64,000 nt of DNA, taken from a virus. This document shows, in pieces, positions 46,701 through 54,460 of this stretch. Within the stretch, counting starts at the first letter, position 1; every line of letters begins with the position of its first letter. Both the position numbers and the translations under genes were made by a program. The stretch spans positions 14,934 through 78,933 of IMG/VR virus record IMGVR_UViG_3300022226_000002; one strand, written 5' to 3'. The notes beneath the pieces are model-generated. The model was given only the letters and a program-made list of their open reading frames with translations. It was not told where the DNA came from and ran no database searches.

Positions 46701-48208
46701 AACTGGTCAACCCATTCCGGGTCTACCTCGGGATCAACCCACATGCCGCTGTAGTGCCTTTGCCAGCCTGATCGCTCAAACGCTCCATCCACCCCTTCTG
46801 TCGTTTCATCAGCCTCCAGCAACTCGCCAAGTAGTCGCCGCTTCTTCGCCTTGACTCTCTCTCTTGTCTCCTCGACGGTCGACGAAGTGGGCTCTAGTGG
46901 TACTTCCGTGTCACGGGCTTCTGCCCCGGCTTCCGCTTCGATATCGTCCCGCCGTACTTCCGTTCCCACTTGTCCGCCAGGCGGGGGTGTTTCCAGTGGA
47001 GGTATCGCCTCTGCTTCTGGCTCTTGAATGGCATCTTGAATCTCCTGTTCGAGTTGTTGAATCTCTATATCCGCGTTCCTGGTACGCTCCTCCTGCTTCG
47101 TTCCCTCAATGCCCAAGTCCCTGGCGGCTTTCCTGCTGATCGGCCCCTTAGCGCGAATGGCCTTGAGGTCGGCCAGCCTTTGCTGGTACTGGCTGGCGCG
47201 TGCAGCGCTGGTCGCCGCTCCTGCAACAGCGGGAACGCCCATCATGAACGCCATAGGCACAATAGCTTGCGTGCCTTGATCCCACGCTTCCTCGAACGCA
47301 GTTCCTAAGTTTTGGTCTGGTGCGTTCTCGTCTAGGTGGGTCGCTACTGCGCGGGCAAATCCGCTCGATAGACCTTGAAGGGCCTCTTCTCCGAACCCTT
47401 CAACCGGCAGCTTCTTCATCGCATTCCAAAGGTACGCGCGGCCTGCGGCTAGGGCTCCTTTGTCCAAAGGAACCTTTCCTACCTTGAAAGGATTCGGAAC
47501 GATTGCCTCGATCGACGCCGTACCAGCTGCAGTCAACATCGCTCCAGCCTTCGCCCTCCAGTCGTTTATGTCTATTCCGGCATTCTTCCATGACTCAAGC
47601 TCCTGAGAATACTGCCCTGGAAATCCAGCTGCTGTAATTCCAGCAACTTCCGCAGCTCGCATTGTCGTTCGCCCCATTCCTGCCAATTTCGCCATGGCAG
47701 GTGCTAAACCGGTCGCCTTCGACAATCCTGCTCCTGCCGCGCCGCCTCCAACAACTGTTGCCATCCAAGGCACCATTTCCAACGCCTGAAGTGGGCCTGC
47801 CTGATACCACGGATCGCGAGACGTAGCCGGCGCAATAGTTTCAGCAGCAACACCCTCAAGCTGATGGATGGCTCTGATTTCGTCTTCTGTGCCTCCAAAA
47901 CCAGTCAATTCCATGATGGGCTGCGCCACAGCAGAGACACCTCGTCCCAACGCTGATGCTGTACGCGAGAGTGCCCCACCTCGTTCTGACCGCATCCCTT
48001 CCGCGATGGCCGGAGCACGTTGAAGAATTTGCTGCTGTTGGGCAGGAGTTGCAGAACGCCAAAGACCAAGCACGGCGCGACGATCTCCGAGATTTCCAAG
48101 AATCTCAGGAGTTAACCGTTCGGCCTTTAATTCGTCCGGTGTGTAGTACGACGGATTGTCTTCTTGAAGCAATTTCAATTCGTCGGTAGTCAAATACTCT
48201 GGCATCAC
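34799..48208 (-). CDS. Giant polyvalent DarB-like virion protein (metallopeptidase-like, ART-like, N6-MTase, SNF2 helicase, LPD38-like domains)
   Basis: 4469 aa. HEIGH, HEVAH and HEQGH zincin motifs; VLEPSMGIGNF and NVPFG; HQVGTGKT, DEAH, TGTPITN and QRNGRGHRQGN; C-terminal RMPIPYG. Confidence 0.9.
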   Translation of the reverse strand: MMPEYLTTDELKLLQEDNPSYYTPDELKAERLTPEILGNLGDRRAVLGLWRSATPAQQQQILQRAPAIAEGMRSERGGALSRTASALGRGVSAVAQPIMELTGFGGTEDEIRAIHQLEGVAAETIAPATSRDPWYQAGPLQALEMVPWMATVVGGGAAGAGLSKATGLAPAMAKLAGMGRTTMRAAEVAGITAAGFPGQYSQELESWKNAGIDINDWRAKAGAMLTAAGTASIEAIVPNPFKVGKVPLDKGALAAGRAYLWNAMKKLPVEGFGEEALQGLSSGFARAVATHLDENAPDQNLGTAFEEAWDQGTQAIVPMAFMMGVPAVAGAATSAARASQYQQRLADLKAIRAKGPISRKAARDLGIEGTKQEERTRNADIEIQQLEQEIQDAIQEPEAEAIPPLETPPPGGQVGTEVRRDDIEAEAGAEARDTEVPLEPTSSTVEETRERVKAKKRRLLGELLEADETTEGVDGAFERSGWQRHYSGMWVDPEVDPEWVDQLAPETFDLMKSHGLTFIQYMPREHAAGQKGHIQHGDMAIRGVNVATERGMSDLFTTKDHIVRHEIGHHAWEALTDEQRQEWSDGPRVTQHGKDIERQSGYRAQTYQQSEAAEEDFAEAFSEANGDVDSVLRRKSVSPADNVAPSEVAAAPEVQVEPEVRPSDFMGVPIVFDQSGQYTASYSPSENVIHANPEWYNKTDSQKVEQVLRHEVAHDEWTRLSDEQQKEWHDVAATQEVQDFMFESYGYKGGKLFGEEVRAHALYPSLEVDPDSVPDAIAVLAAKQQSEGEVAAAPEVQVEEPPVPEGRVRFYHAGQLKAGEPRWLSQDRKWAENFRPGAPVSYVDLPADSPLLTKAFDDEGTDQTAPYNNFEAPPEIAEQLQPLTAPVPEAAVPVEPPAVTDEEVTPPPVKPARTAPAPSEQTQKPSRGELEEDANEFIAALFSGKVRAKDADEAWQMYRRNVGADTRGTPVIDEASFKSNYGTFAAAHEEKPSTPPPVEPARTAPAPFSEEKPSEERPAEQAEMDAAALAALDKIMGKAPAEKKVGRKRPVKTKGGQFVLPGMPGMAKEIDRQDFVRRHRDSFLESVRDQLDSQKAIDQLEPAVSKLMNTIHSGAYKSSDELLESSDAWNEAYKALEGVIDEHTDTFAAYKVAQGNLEQSLAETAKQAFADRPKSGRKPPKRRSQKTLESAAEDLQAAHDAAKALMAKINSKLTSGVDPAMMAETVEVAYLYAKAGVNTFKGYVEAVVENFSDEFARNFAPYMESGWRALHTRGVVDDPAGKVEDFLEVPDGDVDEAAGPTDQAAGPGDRGDRSERPGTAGDQVLEGVPSEDDQGAEQVEGTEAVRDRPAGEEGSGTEAADSERGDERGGRGADSGRAPSDDTGRGRDRAPRATRPNYHLTNTDAIIGGGPKAKFERNRRAIEIVRDLEESVRPPTAEELDILAGYTGWGAFGQELFKGTWDRPRPKEGWEDADEWLRIYLGEEDWKSAQQSIVNAHFTDPQTVTAIWDGLRRMGFEGGRVLEPSMGIGNFFALMPRDLMGNSRLTGIELDNITANIARSLHPDANIQQMGYQESQTPDNFYDVIVSNVPFGNYKIPDRRYKQDFSIHNYFFKKAFDQLKPGGVLAFITSNSTMDGKVQAKLMRAQIANDGDLVAAIRLPTGAFQAYAGTKVVADLVVIRKRKPGEEPTGEKWTSIVDYETPAGETIAVNEYWLNHPENILGTMTHGHGTTSGRPGMIVDPPADLQAALDEAMARLPEGTIDTERAPSEGRERANLTQMRQNSVISQDDDLWIVKGEQLLPLIDFVPWRRKKGTKAATIIANRKQIESALDVREAMREVLGKQAVSEDATKSRAELNRVYDAFVAKYGPLGKSAAVRHLVRAGDPMAATMLSLEAEQEDGTFTKRPIFERSTVRQRKVVEKPTVDDAFAMERNRSLDLDMERIAAAAKVPVDQVISELESGGKIYKTGTGTYDAADVFLRGNMARKLRQLQAAQAEGMDGLERSIEAVQERLPEPIPYSQIEAKLGATWVEAGDYADFLGFLLNEPASSFDVEMRVNGWRTNIPPEINAKTEAQHTHGHRGISFNKLMNAAMNNATVKLTMEDPENPGSRIADPVSTAEANTKISELREKFTNWIWTSPDRITRLSGVYNEEFNSTVTPDFSDVPLDFEGLTLERGDQPFNLRQHQESAVWRGIVSGRGIYGHQVGTGKTLTMGALAMESRRLGLASKPLLLAHNANSQAVRNEIQEAYPNANILYVDNLDAQRKEATLQAIATEDWDLIIVPHSMADRFQMRPETVERLLQPEMDALEAAALEAYEESEAADFSKGSMPANLDDVSSEELRRLREPTAKELVKERLKLRAMITKAAQAMQRGTGITFEDMGVDMVMVDEAHIFKKLPITTKQNIKGLNKTASKRGTMMLMLADYIRGNNNGRGAYMFTGTPITNTINEIYNMMRFVMAEDMEAAGVRHWDGWFNTFATQETLTELSSGGTWENFDRLSSFVNLPELRQMVGQYMDIVFAEDMPEFSPRDRREGRTENPVGIPFKQIHNTTLEMIPHQQAHSEELKERYTTFKNAQGRDKVRMMREPGGRYNPLVIEGEGVKLAMDPRLTGFGTRVNDEGAIVTDWGPETSNTLDPKDPALKINRMLQNAMAHYHEHPKATQMIFMQVGHNDWTTRTLGRTHDGEPITERVRVFNLAKEVKRRLIEEGVAENEIAIFSTMSKSRRTQAAQDMRDGKIRFAIGSTETMGTGVNAQDEMAAMHHLDAPWMPGDLEQRNGRGHRQGNKWNTVHEYRYLTEGPQDGRRWQVLLTKSRFIDRFMRADGTERTIEMDDIDLSDDGSGTDMEQSFAAAAGDPRVQMRIRLEGQVQKLERARDSHARTITETVSRANQKLGFIETTQKRIDLLQQEHDTWRENKPDKPTITIRDQVITGKDKIRDELKALEERYQNTIGAKVQIGEYRGLPLFNNNGILYVGESNLNVRWSEESLQGVLSNIPARIDKLRMSVEKDQRFIDMAHGAVGQPFPKQLQLDSKRAKLQALQDEMEANPGASPAWLRAGAPVGTTVFHKGNEYEVAGHRGDEQILYAVGDNFAPLPAKEVTDKDGTPLFPELQDRREWTAEEIQDRLHVDYELVAPGETPKILEGLPVKPIDRWQIVSPGGFAVGQGDSPRAAYESARTNPEKLIRLQPLPEEEEPAKATEDKPKETELAGAPGDVGAILTPAEYVSQAPETSRGKRTVNRLKNDREGTTVGFRQIVKDFTDALQAEMRIGSEQLRTPGQYQRTPHLIRSMSDVGPWNFHEQGHALAEVLSQNERFSEWMVEQAGELIALTQRDGTAASAETEWEGFAELVRLSVTAPSSVPAPLQQSMFEMLNVEHPDVAAALRDAHRGLVAHMQRPVMARQRSHAVGPKRGAKNAVTELVHRSMYNLMSAEAAVSYRLESPIVNAALTAGKEIGKKVDERVQSVRDWSHYLWHIGGDASGAIFGRQKQRGATVMAPRQWFSDTQIEQLEAAGAVIPESQEEGNRIQLTDYTINDIAVAVGRQKWPEFLQYAQSKSALERWEKHGHEYPGRSAGERPEQLRRALQETESNNPEFEEQQSRLTSFLRQIMLLNVLSGEVTTDQYQTMVEAHEFYVPLPRQVERGESRLGSSAGQLRSQLRRAHGSVLPFQDLKNAISSHVHAAYRAYYHNAVRNAVKDMQADIQAMEDVPAEAKWAAQRVMVPLRLDSARVATLNRSEMQEVIAEYLNETEEYKDNPIDPKDIDVNFPGKPIIRSKSPRAVNVLTRFEGGKVKFEQVKDELLYDFFTRVESPSKVVQWLSNFFGGPGQAIKDSITNSVSFVPRAMFRDLFGNVVLGRGMERYIPGVYWAAGSANQVANLFDAGDKSVKVDTELLSNSFKHTHSDQHILGVNRFVDFMSQGILVDGWKHMNWLDRLQYAPGQAAWAAYKPFQALNFPIRYASQWAESTPREGAAVVAKRKGATDIRSTRVYDEISGNFISRPGSNVIASIYRFAMFLNPGMQVVYQVAERATQKRSRGDQAVAMAYLGAMSALAATVTWALMDDEEREQYVEQPEDSKLRDLPVKVPGLPMLRMPIPYGPEGAVVGYTFNKTMEQMSGVNIDDKKLLAQAARRTADMPVLSSLATPIGLTTIEAKANYSFWLQRAIVPESLKTFYRDDPASQAYESTPEFYKRLGEKLEVSPIMAEYVVGNLVGTQVEETVRTLSVLNEGKLPKDLSEYPQIGRLFWRPSIGYLAASVKYINEQSDAFDKARRELRKKAGRKGYDRVRKEFQATMKYKAAAKHLREMGTKARNLYKDGKKDEARQIREGMRDEAQRLLKDAQAIDQLRQDWLQDIVFNAVKEPESEKGKEDLAKSVRELKATGLSNVEAQQHLWNHYSGAPDMNWDKFKALAELYGLDKDAARLEIQGPIVKDPKTGKLKRSYNTEFGRWKVEQEDRWRDERKKKDDERKKK
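43942..44337 (-). CDS. Nested alternative-frame gene, TnpV-like (131 aa)
   Basis: GGAGG-6 nt-ATG; METLTKQQ..IRYWKEYRPKMTKELNRLRVL..LIQREGMSEGDAALIAGEHLLMTPEED; overlaps a disordered linker of the giant protein. Confidence 0.65.
   Translation of the reverse strand: METLTKQQAQQIKQQAQEIGGTVANDLAQQVIRYWKEYRPKMTKELNRLRVLKPFVIVQQEKRDQELRRLIQREGMSEGDAALIAGEHLLMTPEEDETEPQEQPVPTTTSPTPTPSSAVGRKRSSSATAAQ
45187..45497. repeat. 44-bp direct repeat pair (one mismatch), 267 bp apart
   Basis: Copies at 45187-45230 and 45454-45497. Confidence 0.9.
45812..46272. repeat. 35-bp direct repeat pair (one mismatch), 426 bp apart
   Basis: Copies at 45812-45846 and 46238-46272. Confidence 0.9.
46894..47034 (-). CDS. 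Nested alternative-frame small basic protein (46 aa)
   Basis: AGGAG-7 nt-ATG; MPFKSQKQRRYLHWKHPRLADKWERKYGGTISKRKPGQKPVTRKYH*. Confidence 0.7.
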   Translation of the reverse strand: MPFKSQKQRRYLHWKHPRLADKWERKYGGTISKRKPGQKPVTRKYH

Positions 48209-50019
48209 ATTATTCCTGCTGCAGTCATGTCGTAATCGTAGTCAATCTGCCGCGGTGGCGGTTCAGCGACATCTTCACTACCTAACACTTCCCATAGCTT
48301 CAATTTTGGATTCCATCGCACAAACTTAAGTTGCCCACTAAGGATAGTTCTAAACACCGTGCCGTCCTTTGGCGGATTGTCTTCAATCTCTGGCGTCAAG
48401 GTGCGAGCGCTTTGAAGCTGTTTTGGTGTGGCTGGCTTCGGTGGAGTTTTAGGCTTCTGTGGAGTAGGACCAGTTTCTCCCGTCGCCTTTGATGTCGCCC
48501 CAGCCGGTGCTACTGGCTCAGTTCCGGGAATCTGGGAACCCCCGCCAGCGCGCAGAGCATCTATTCTCTGCTGCAGGGGACTACCGCTCTCGCGGGCCTG
48601 CTCCACGATCGCGGCGTCTTCTGGTTCTGCGTCTGGGGGAAGTGGCGGGGCCGCTGTTGTTGGTTCTACAATACCGGATGGTGTAAGCACTGGTTGGGCA
48701 GGTGGTGCTGCCGGCTGTGAAGCCGCACCGGGATCAACTCCGGTAGCCTCTTGGAGTGCCCGGGGGAACTCGCTTCCAATCGTAATCGGATCTGTCGACC
48801 CTGGTGTAGCTGCCGCCCCTGGTGTAGCTGCCGCTGCCGGTGGAGTAGACAAATCTGGCGGTGGATATGCTTTTGCCCACTCATCGCGAACCTTGGTCGC
48901 TTCTGCAGCAGCGCCAGCCACGTCGAACGCTGGCTCGTCGTCGATCACTTTGTTACGCGCCTCTTTGAATGCGTCTTCCCAAACCTTCCGAGATAGGGCC
49001 TCGTAATCCGCCTGTTTCTTGTTCCTCGCTTCGGCTTCCTTTCTATCTAGCTCGACTTTCTCCTTCGCGCGTTCTTCCGCTTTCTCTCTTTCTTTAGGAG
49101 TCACTTTGGGCCGACGATGCCCAGACATAATCAGCCGCCGTTTCTTCGCATTGAACTTTTCTGTAAATTCGTCCCTCTGCTCCTCACTCAGAGTGTCCCA
49201 CTTCTTCCGCAATGCAGACCTTGCTTCATTGATCTCTTTCTCTACGTCTTCCTCCAGTTCATACTCGCCAGTTTCCAAGCCAGACTGTATTCGACGGTAC
49301 TCGCTGTCAGCGGCTGCTGCTTTGGCGCGGGCGTCCGTTGCCGCCCGACCTTTTTCACTCTCATCAGCCCTAAAATCGTACCCCTCCCTCCGCACAGAAT
49401 CTTCATATTCCCGCTCCTCCAATTCTTTAGCACGTTCCCGTTCCAACTCGATTTCTTCCCCCGACTTATAACGCGGAAGAAGGCTGGTTTCCGCTGCGGT
49501 GGAGTATTTACCCAGGCGGTTATTCCGTGCAACCCTCTTGGCCTGAGCACGTTGCTGAACACGGGCCCTCCTGCCGGCTAACTCTTCCGCCCGTGCAGCC
49601 TTTCGCGCCTCTGGCGACGGCTTGTGCAGGATCACTCCAGTGCCTTCTGCCATCTCCTCCGGCGGTCGGGTATCCGGCTCGACAGGAACTGTGGTCGGAC
49701 CTGGTATTCGAGGGGCTGCACCCGGTCCACCAGTCAGGGCGTCAGTGGGAATCAGCCCAGTAACTCCAGGGACGCCACCGACGACAGGGGCGGCCGGGGT
49801 ACCCAATCGCGGCGGTGCGCCCAGCGGATCAATCCATCTCCCTGCGGGCGTTCTCCTACCCCTTCCACCACGCCGCCGATCCGCCAGGGCGAGAGCTTGC
49901 TGCCTTAGTAATAGGTCGGTAGCGTACTTGCGCTCTCGCTGTTTCCGACGCCCAGTGCCAGCCGCATACGCCGCCAAACCTGAAAACCCAACGGGCTGAT
50001 GTTCCAATCTAATCGCCAT
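48205..50019 (-). CDS. Probable internal virion/ejection protein
   Basis: 604 aa, coiled coil with Pro/Ala-rich stretches, directly upstream of the giant gene. Confidence 0.6.
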   Translation of the reverse strand: MAIRLEHQPVGFSGLAAYAAGTGRRKQRERKYATDLLLRQQALALADRRRGGRGRRTPAGRWIDPLGAPPRLGTPAAPVVGGVPGVTGLIPTDALTGGPGAAPRIPGPTTVPVEPDTRPPEEMAEGTGVILHKPSPEARKAARAEELAGRRARVQQRAQAKRVARNNRLGKYSTAAETSLLPRYKSGEEIELERERAKELEEREYEDSVRREGYDFRADESEKGRAATDARAKAAAADSEYRRIQSGLETGEYELEEDVEKEINEARSALRKKWDTLSEEQRDEFTEKFNAKKRRLIMSGHRRPKVTPKEREKAEERAKEKVELDRKEAEARNKKQADYEALSRKVWEDAFKEARNKVIDDEPAFDVAGAAAEATKVRDEWAKAYPPPDLSTPPAAAATPGAAATPGSTDPITIGSEFPRALQEATGVDPGAASQPAAPPAQPVLTPSGIVEPTTAAPPLPPDAEPEDAAIVEQARESGSPLQQRIDALRAGGGSQIPGTEPVAPAGATSKATGETGPTPQKPKTPPKPATPKQLQSARTLTPEIEDNPPKDGTVFRTILSGQLKFVRWNPKLKLWEVLGSEDVAEPPPRQIDYDYDMTAAGIM

Positions 50020-50044
50020 AACTCACGCTCCTGTTCGCTTCCGA

Positions 50045-50776
50045 TCACCACTTGCCTATTGGGCAACTCTCCGTTGCCATCTTAGGCTTATTGAACCTAG
50101 CCATGCCCTTCTTCCGGCAGAAACACCCACACAGGCGGCACTGTTGCATTTTCGCATTGTAATGTTCACATCCCTCACAAATCTCGACGATCGCTTTGAT
50201 TTCGTCATCGGTACGAACGGGCCTGCCAGCGGCGTTCCACCGCCTGTTAGCCTCTTGCCAATTGCTGATGCGGCTCGTGACAGCAGTTTGCAACAATGAC
50301 TTAGATTCGTCCAAGAGTTTCCGTGCGGCAACGGCGTCTCCCGCATTTCGCAACGAGGAAATGGCCAATGAGACCGTGACACGATTTTTGCCTGCAGGGG
50401 GTGTTGCAGCCAGACATACCTTACACGCCTGGTCTGTACGGTTCGTCACTTGAGCGCCCGCAATGCGCTCTGCGATAAGACAGCGAGGTCCAACAGCGTA
50501 TTCGCAGACCACGTTGATGGGTTTTCCAGTCTTATAATCAACATGAATCCGTTCTATGTAGGGCTTCACGATCTCCTTCACGCGGGCTTTTTCTTCCGGG
50601 TTCCTGGTCGCACATAGAGCTATGGAGGCGATGACCGTATTGGGGGCTTTGGGGCGAGCGTGCTTCAGGCACTTCTCGCATCTATCGGGACAGACCGGCA
50701 CCTTGGGTAGCCCCGTAAACTCTTCAGCTAGACGGCACCGTTCATCATATAGGTACTCACAGTTGATGGTCATCAT
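50045..50776 (-). CDS. Cys-rich protein with an internal duplication
   Basis: INCEY..RCRLAE and VVCEY..RCLIAE repeats; C-terminal CEGC..CRLCGC..CPIGKW. Confidence 0.75.
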   Translation of the reverse strand: MMTINCEYLYDERCRLAEEFTGLPKVPVCPDRCEKCLKHARPKAPNTVIASIALCATRNPEEKARVKEIVKPYIERIHVDYKTGKPINVVCEYAVGPRCLIAERIAGAQVTNRTDQACKVCLAATPPAGKNRVTVSLAISSLRNAGDAVAARKLLDESKSLLQTAVTSRISNWQEANRRWNAAGRPVRTDDEIKAIVEICEGCEHYNAKMQQCRLCGCFCRKKGMARFNKPKMATESCPIGKW

Positions 50777-52152
50777 ATCGGATCGCACGGGGTGGTGGTC
50801 GTGTAAAACTGTTTTGGGTCTTCTGGGTCCGCAGGCATTGCACAATCGCAGCTCTCAATGTCACCGCAGGGCGATGTTTTAATCCACGGGCTCTGAGAAT
50901 CCCATTCCCATTGACATTCGTCATCGCAAGGACCCGCCGACGCAGACGGCGTAGCTGACGGCGTTGCTGACACCGAAGCCGAAGGCGTCGCTGACACCGA
51001 CGCTGACGGAGTTGCAGAGACCGACGCAGACGGAGTTGCTGACGGCGTTGCTGACACCGAAGCCGAAGGCGTCGCTGACACCGACGCTGACGGAGTTGCA
51101 GAGACCGACGCAGACGGAGTAGCTGACGGAGTAGCAGAGACCGATGCCGAAGGTGTTGCAGAGACCGACGCTGATGGCGTTGCCGACACCGACGCCGATG
51201 GAGTAGCTGACGGAGTAGCAGAGACCGATGCCGAAGGTGTTGCAGAGACCGACGCTGATGGCGTTGCCGACACCGACGCCGATGGTGTCGCAGACGGGGT
51301 CGCAGACACCGACGCTGAGGGCGTAGCTGACACCGAGGCTGACGGAGTTGCTGACGGAGTTGCTGACGGCGTCGCAGAGCCGGACGCCGATGGCGACGAC
51401 GAAGGTGTCGCTGACACCGATGCAGACGGCGTAGCTGACGGCGTTGCTGACACCGACGCCGACGGAGTTGCTGACACCGACGCCGACGGCGTTGCCGAGA
51501 CTGACGCCGACGGCGTTGCCGAGACTGACGCCGACGGCGTTGCTGAGACTGACGCCGACGGTGTCGCTGACACCGAGGCCGATGGCGTTGCTGACGGTGT
51601 AGCCGAAACCGAAGCTGAGGGCGTCGCAGAGACCGATGCCGAAGGTGTTGCTGAGACCGAGGCTGAGGGTGTCGCAGACGGTGTAGCCGAAACCGACGCC
51701 GATGGCGTCGCAGACGGCGTCGCTGACGGCGTTGATGAGCCCGATAATGATGGCGAAGACGATGGTGTCGCAGACACCGACGCAGATGGCGTTGCAGATG
51801 GCGTTGCAGAGACCGAAGCTGATGGCGTTGCTGACGGTGTAGCCGAAACCGAGGCCGACGGTGTCGCCGAGACCGAGGCCGAAGGCGTAGCTGATGGCGT
51901 CGCAGAGACCGATGCAGACGGAGTTGCAGATGGTGTCGCCGAAACCGATGCAGACGGTGTAGCCGAAACCGAAGCTGATGGCGAAGCTGAGGGTGTTGCT
52001 GACGGTGATGAAACGGGCGTTACACAGCAGCAGGCTTCACACAACACCTGATTCGCGTCGCTATACTCGATCACATCAAGCAGCGTCCCGTCGTTGCTCC
52101 ACACACTCATCAGCGATGCGCCGGCTACCATGAGTGTCATTGTCAGACCCAC
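50773..52152 (-). CDS. Mucin-like Ser/Ala/Thr/Pro repeat protein with Cys-rich ends
   Basis: About 360 aa of [12 protein letters not shown] repeats. Confidence 0.85.
   Translation of the reverse strand: MGLTMTLMVAGASLMSVWSNDGTLLDVIEYSDANQVLCEACCCVTPVSSPSATPSASPSASVSATPSASVSATPSATPSASVSATPSATPSASVSATPSASVSATPSATPSASVSATPSATPSASVSATPSSSPSLSGSSTPSATPSATPSASVSATPSATPSASVSATPSASVSATPSASVSATPSATPSASVSATPSASVSATPSASVSATPSASVSATPSASVSATPSASVSATPSATPSASVSATPSSSPSASGSATPSATPSATPSASVSATPSASVSATPSATPSASVSATPSASVSATPSASVSATPSATPSASVSATPSASVSATPSASVSATPSATPSASVSATPSASVSATPSASVSATPSATPSASVSATPSASVSATPSASVSATPSATPSASAGPCDDECQWEWDSQSPWIKTSPCGDIESCDCAMPADPEDPKQFYTTTTPCDPI
50935..52012. repeat. Coding tandem repeat with 12/24-bp units
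   Basis: Synonymously diverged copies encoding SASV and SATP. Confidence 0.9.
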
Positions 52153-52156
52153 ACCA

Positions 52157-54460
52157 TTAAAGGGGTATCCACGCCGGGTCTACACACGCAACGGGGACTA
52201 CTTGACCAGGAAACCCAGCATACGCTGGAGGCCCTGCACACACACACCCTGGGTTTTCCTGGCATGTATCAGTAAAGAGGAGCCATTCGCCGGGATCTTC
52301 CTCGAATTCTTGCACCCAGATATATGAACAGTCGCCGTCGCAAGGATCCTGCGACGCTGAGGGCGAAGACGACGGCGAAGAAGATGGAGACGATGAGGCC
52401 GATGGCGACGACGATGGCGACGATGATGGCGAAGACGATGGGTCTGGACACACAAAGTCCGTCACGCAGAGAATCGGCGGGCCGTTAACGTTGTCTCCGC
52501 ACTGGCCGAACACGATGAGTTCGCTGTAGACCGGCTCCAAGCACCCATCGTTGTCGTAGAAGTCAACCACAACGTCCTTGGTTTCCAATGATATCTCGTC
52601 AGCGCCTGGTATCCCCGGAGTACATAGAGTGAGAACATACTGTTTAATCCACTTCAATCGCAGCACTGCATCGCACTCACTGCTGACACACGGAGAACTA
52701 AACGTCACTTCTAGTGGGTCGATCTGCAGATCATTGGGATCTTGCGCCGACATGCAGCCAGCAGAACACGGAGTCGTCTCTGTCCAGATGCCCCCTTGCG
52801 TCTGACGAGTCCATTCTGCATTGCCGGTACAACTGCCTTGGGCATGGCCTTCCTCGTATTCGAGTTCATCCACGAACTTCCGAAGCTCAGGACGGTACTG
52901 AAACAGCGTGAACGGCGTCGTAGTTGTGTCGCATCGCTCGACATAAACTGTCTGAGATGCTCCTCCGATGGTTACGCACTCTGTCAACTGATCGTATGAC
53001 GCCTCAAGTGTGACTGGGAGTGTGACCGCGACCTTTTCCATGTCGACGCACACGTACGCCTGGTATTCATCGCTCCACGTCGCGGCCCAGCTATCGCCAG
53101 TCATTCCGGCGTGACGAGTATTTAGGATCGTCAGCGGAAACATACTGGCCGGTATCGGCTGATTGTGAGGCCACGGCGAATCGTTGTTCACTGCGTCAAC
53201 AGTGAAAGGCGATTTGCAAACAACGGTCTGCGACAGTGTGCCGCTGATTGCGTCAACGAGTTCCTGCGAATAGACGACGTAATACCGGATTGTCGTGTTG
53301 TCAGTCGTGTTCGTGATGTCGTTGTCGAGCAGCACGTAGCACAGCGCGCCGGCTCGCATTCGTGGAAACGTGCCGGCCAGAAAACGAACTTTGATCTCTG
53401 ATTCCTCTGGAGGCCCACTACTGACACACGGAGAAACAAACGTCCTTTCTAGTGGGTCGAGATCCAGTTCATTGGGATCCTGCTTCGACATACAGCCGGA
53501 AGGACACGGAATCGTGTTAATCCAGCTAGATCCGGGGGCCGCCTCCACCAGCACCCATACTGCACTGCCGCTACAACTACTACCCTCATGCCAGTTCTCG
53601 CGAGGAAAGTCGTCGTTGGCATGGCCCGTCTGTTGAACTACCGTTACCAGGACGTCTTGGTCCGGCGCGCCTGACTGGCCAGTAGTTCGATCCTCTTGCG
53701 TCTCGCACCAGAAGCCAGCAGTAAGACCTTGGCATTCAACGACAATCCATTGACCGGACTGATAAATTGCCATTCCTTGGCAGCCGGCCACAGTTTCAAG
53801 CCAGCGGCTATCGAGAAATACCGCCGTGACTGTCTCGCCAATGGCTTCACCAGCAAAGCCGAGCTTGTCCGTAATCAGGACCGTCGCTTGCCCGAACTTC
53901 AATCCGTTCGCGTCTACTTCCCGAGTCCGATCGGTGAGGCAAGTAAAGGTTATGATGGCGTCTAATGCGCCGCCACCACCACTACCATCATCCACCAGCA
54001 AGTAGTTAATCAGCTTGCCTTCAAGAGTGTACAGCGAGTCGATCTTCTCGCTCAGACTCTGTGGATGACCGCCGAGTCCTCCGCCAACGGCATATCCGGG
54101 GTTTTGCCGCACCCTCCATTCCACATCAGAGGGGCTAGGATTGGTGCTCTGAAGAGGCAGGAACGCCTGATACACCTCGGCTACGCTATAGACTCCTGGA
54201 TAGCGTTTGCCGTATGGCTTGGCTACCGGAATGCCGGGTTTATCCGGGTCTCCGGCGGCATAGTCAATGAACTTGGATATCCTCGGATCGAAACCGCGGC
54301 AGGTGACGTAATTGTCCTCCGTGTCCTCTTTCGCCACCTGCACAATCGCGCTGTGCGGAAAGACCCCTCCCGGGCTCAGCGTAGCATGCCCACCCGACAT
54401 CGGGTGAAATGGCGGAGTCATCCGAAAGCCAGGGGTGGGGTTCTTTCGCTTGCGGAACAT
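52157..54460 (-). CDS. Tail fibre/spike-like protein with repeated Cys modules
   Basis: 767 aa, beta-rich; duplicated PCxxGCMSxQDPNxLxxDPLExTFxSPCVSS module; SSSP linker. Confidence 0.6.
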   Translation of the reverse strand: MFRKRKNPTPGFRMTPPFHPMSGGHATLSPGGVFPHSAIVQVAKEDTEDNYVTCRGFDPRISKFIDYAAGDPDKPGIPVAKPYGKRYPGVYSVAEVYQAFLPLQSTNPSPSDVEWRVRQNPGYAVGGGLGGHPQSLSEKIDSLYTLEGKLINYLLVDDGSGGGGALDAIITFTCLTDRTREVDANGLKFGQATVLITDKLGFAGEAIGETVTAVFLDSRWLETVAGCQGMAIYQSGQWIVVECQGLTAGFWCETQEDRTTGQSGAPDQDVLVTVVQQTGHANDDFPRENWHEGSSCSGSAVWVLVEAAPGSSWINTIPCPSGCMSKQDPNELDLDPLERTFVSPCVSSGPPEESEIKVRFLAGTFPRMRAGALCYVLLDNDITNTTDNTTIRYYVVYSQELVDAISGTLSQTVVCKSPFTVDAVNNDSPWPHNQPIPASMFPLTILNTRHAGMTGDSWAATWSDEYQAYVCVDMEKVAVTLPVTLEASYDQLTECVTIGGASQTVYVERCDTTTTPFTLFQYRPELRKFVDELEYEEGHAQGSCTGNAEWTRQTQGGIWTETTPCSAGCMSAQDPNDLQIDPLEVTFSSPCVSSECDAVLRLKWIKQYVLTLCTPGIPGADEISLETKDVVVDFYDNDGCLEPVYSELIVFGQCGDNVNGPPILCVTDFVCPDPSSSPSSSPSSSPSASSSPSSSPSSSPSASQDPCDGDCSYIWVQEFEEDPGEWLLFTDTCQENPGCVCAGPPAYAGFPGQVVPVACVDPAWIPL

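Noticed and set aside
52670-53590. Diversity-generating retroelement TR/VR pair
   Set aside because: No reverse transcriptase in the window, both copies are in-frame coding, and the differences are not adenine-specific.
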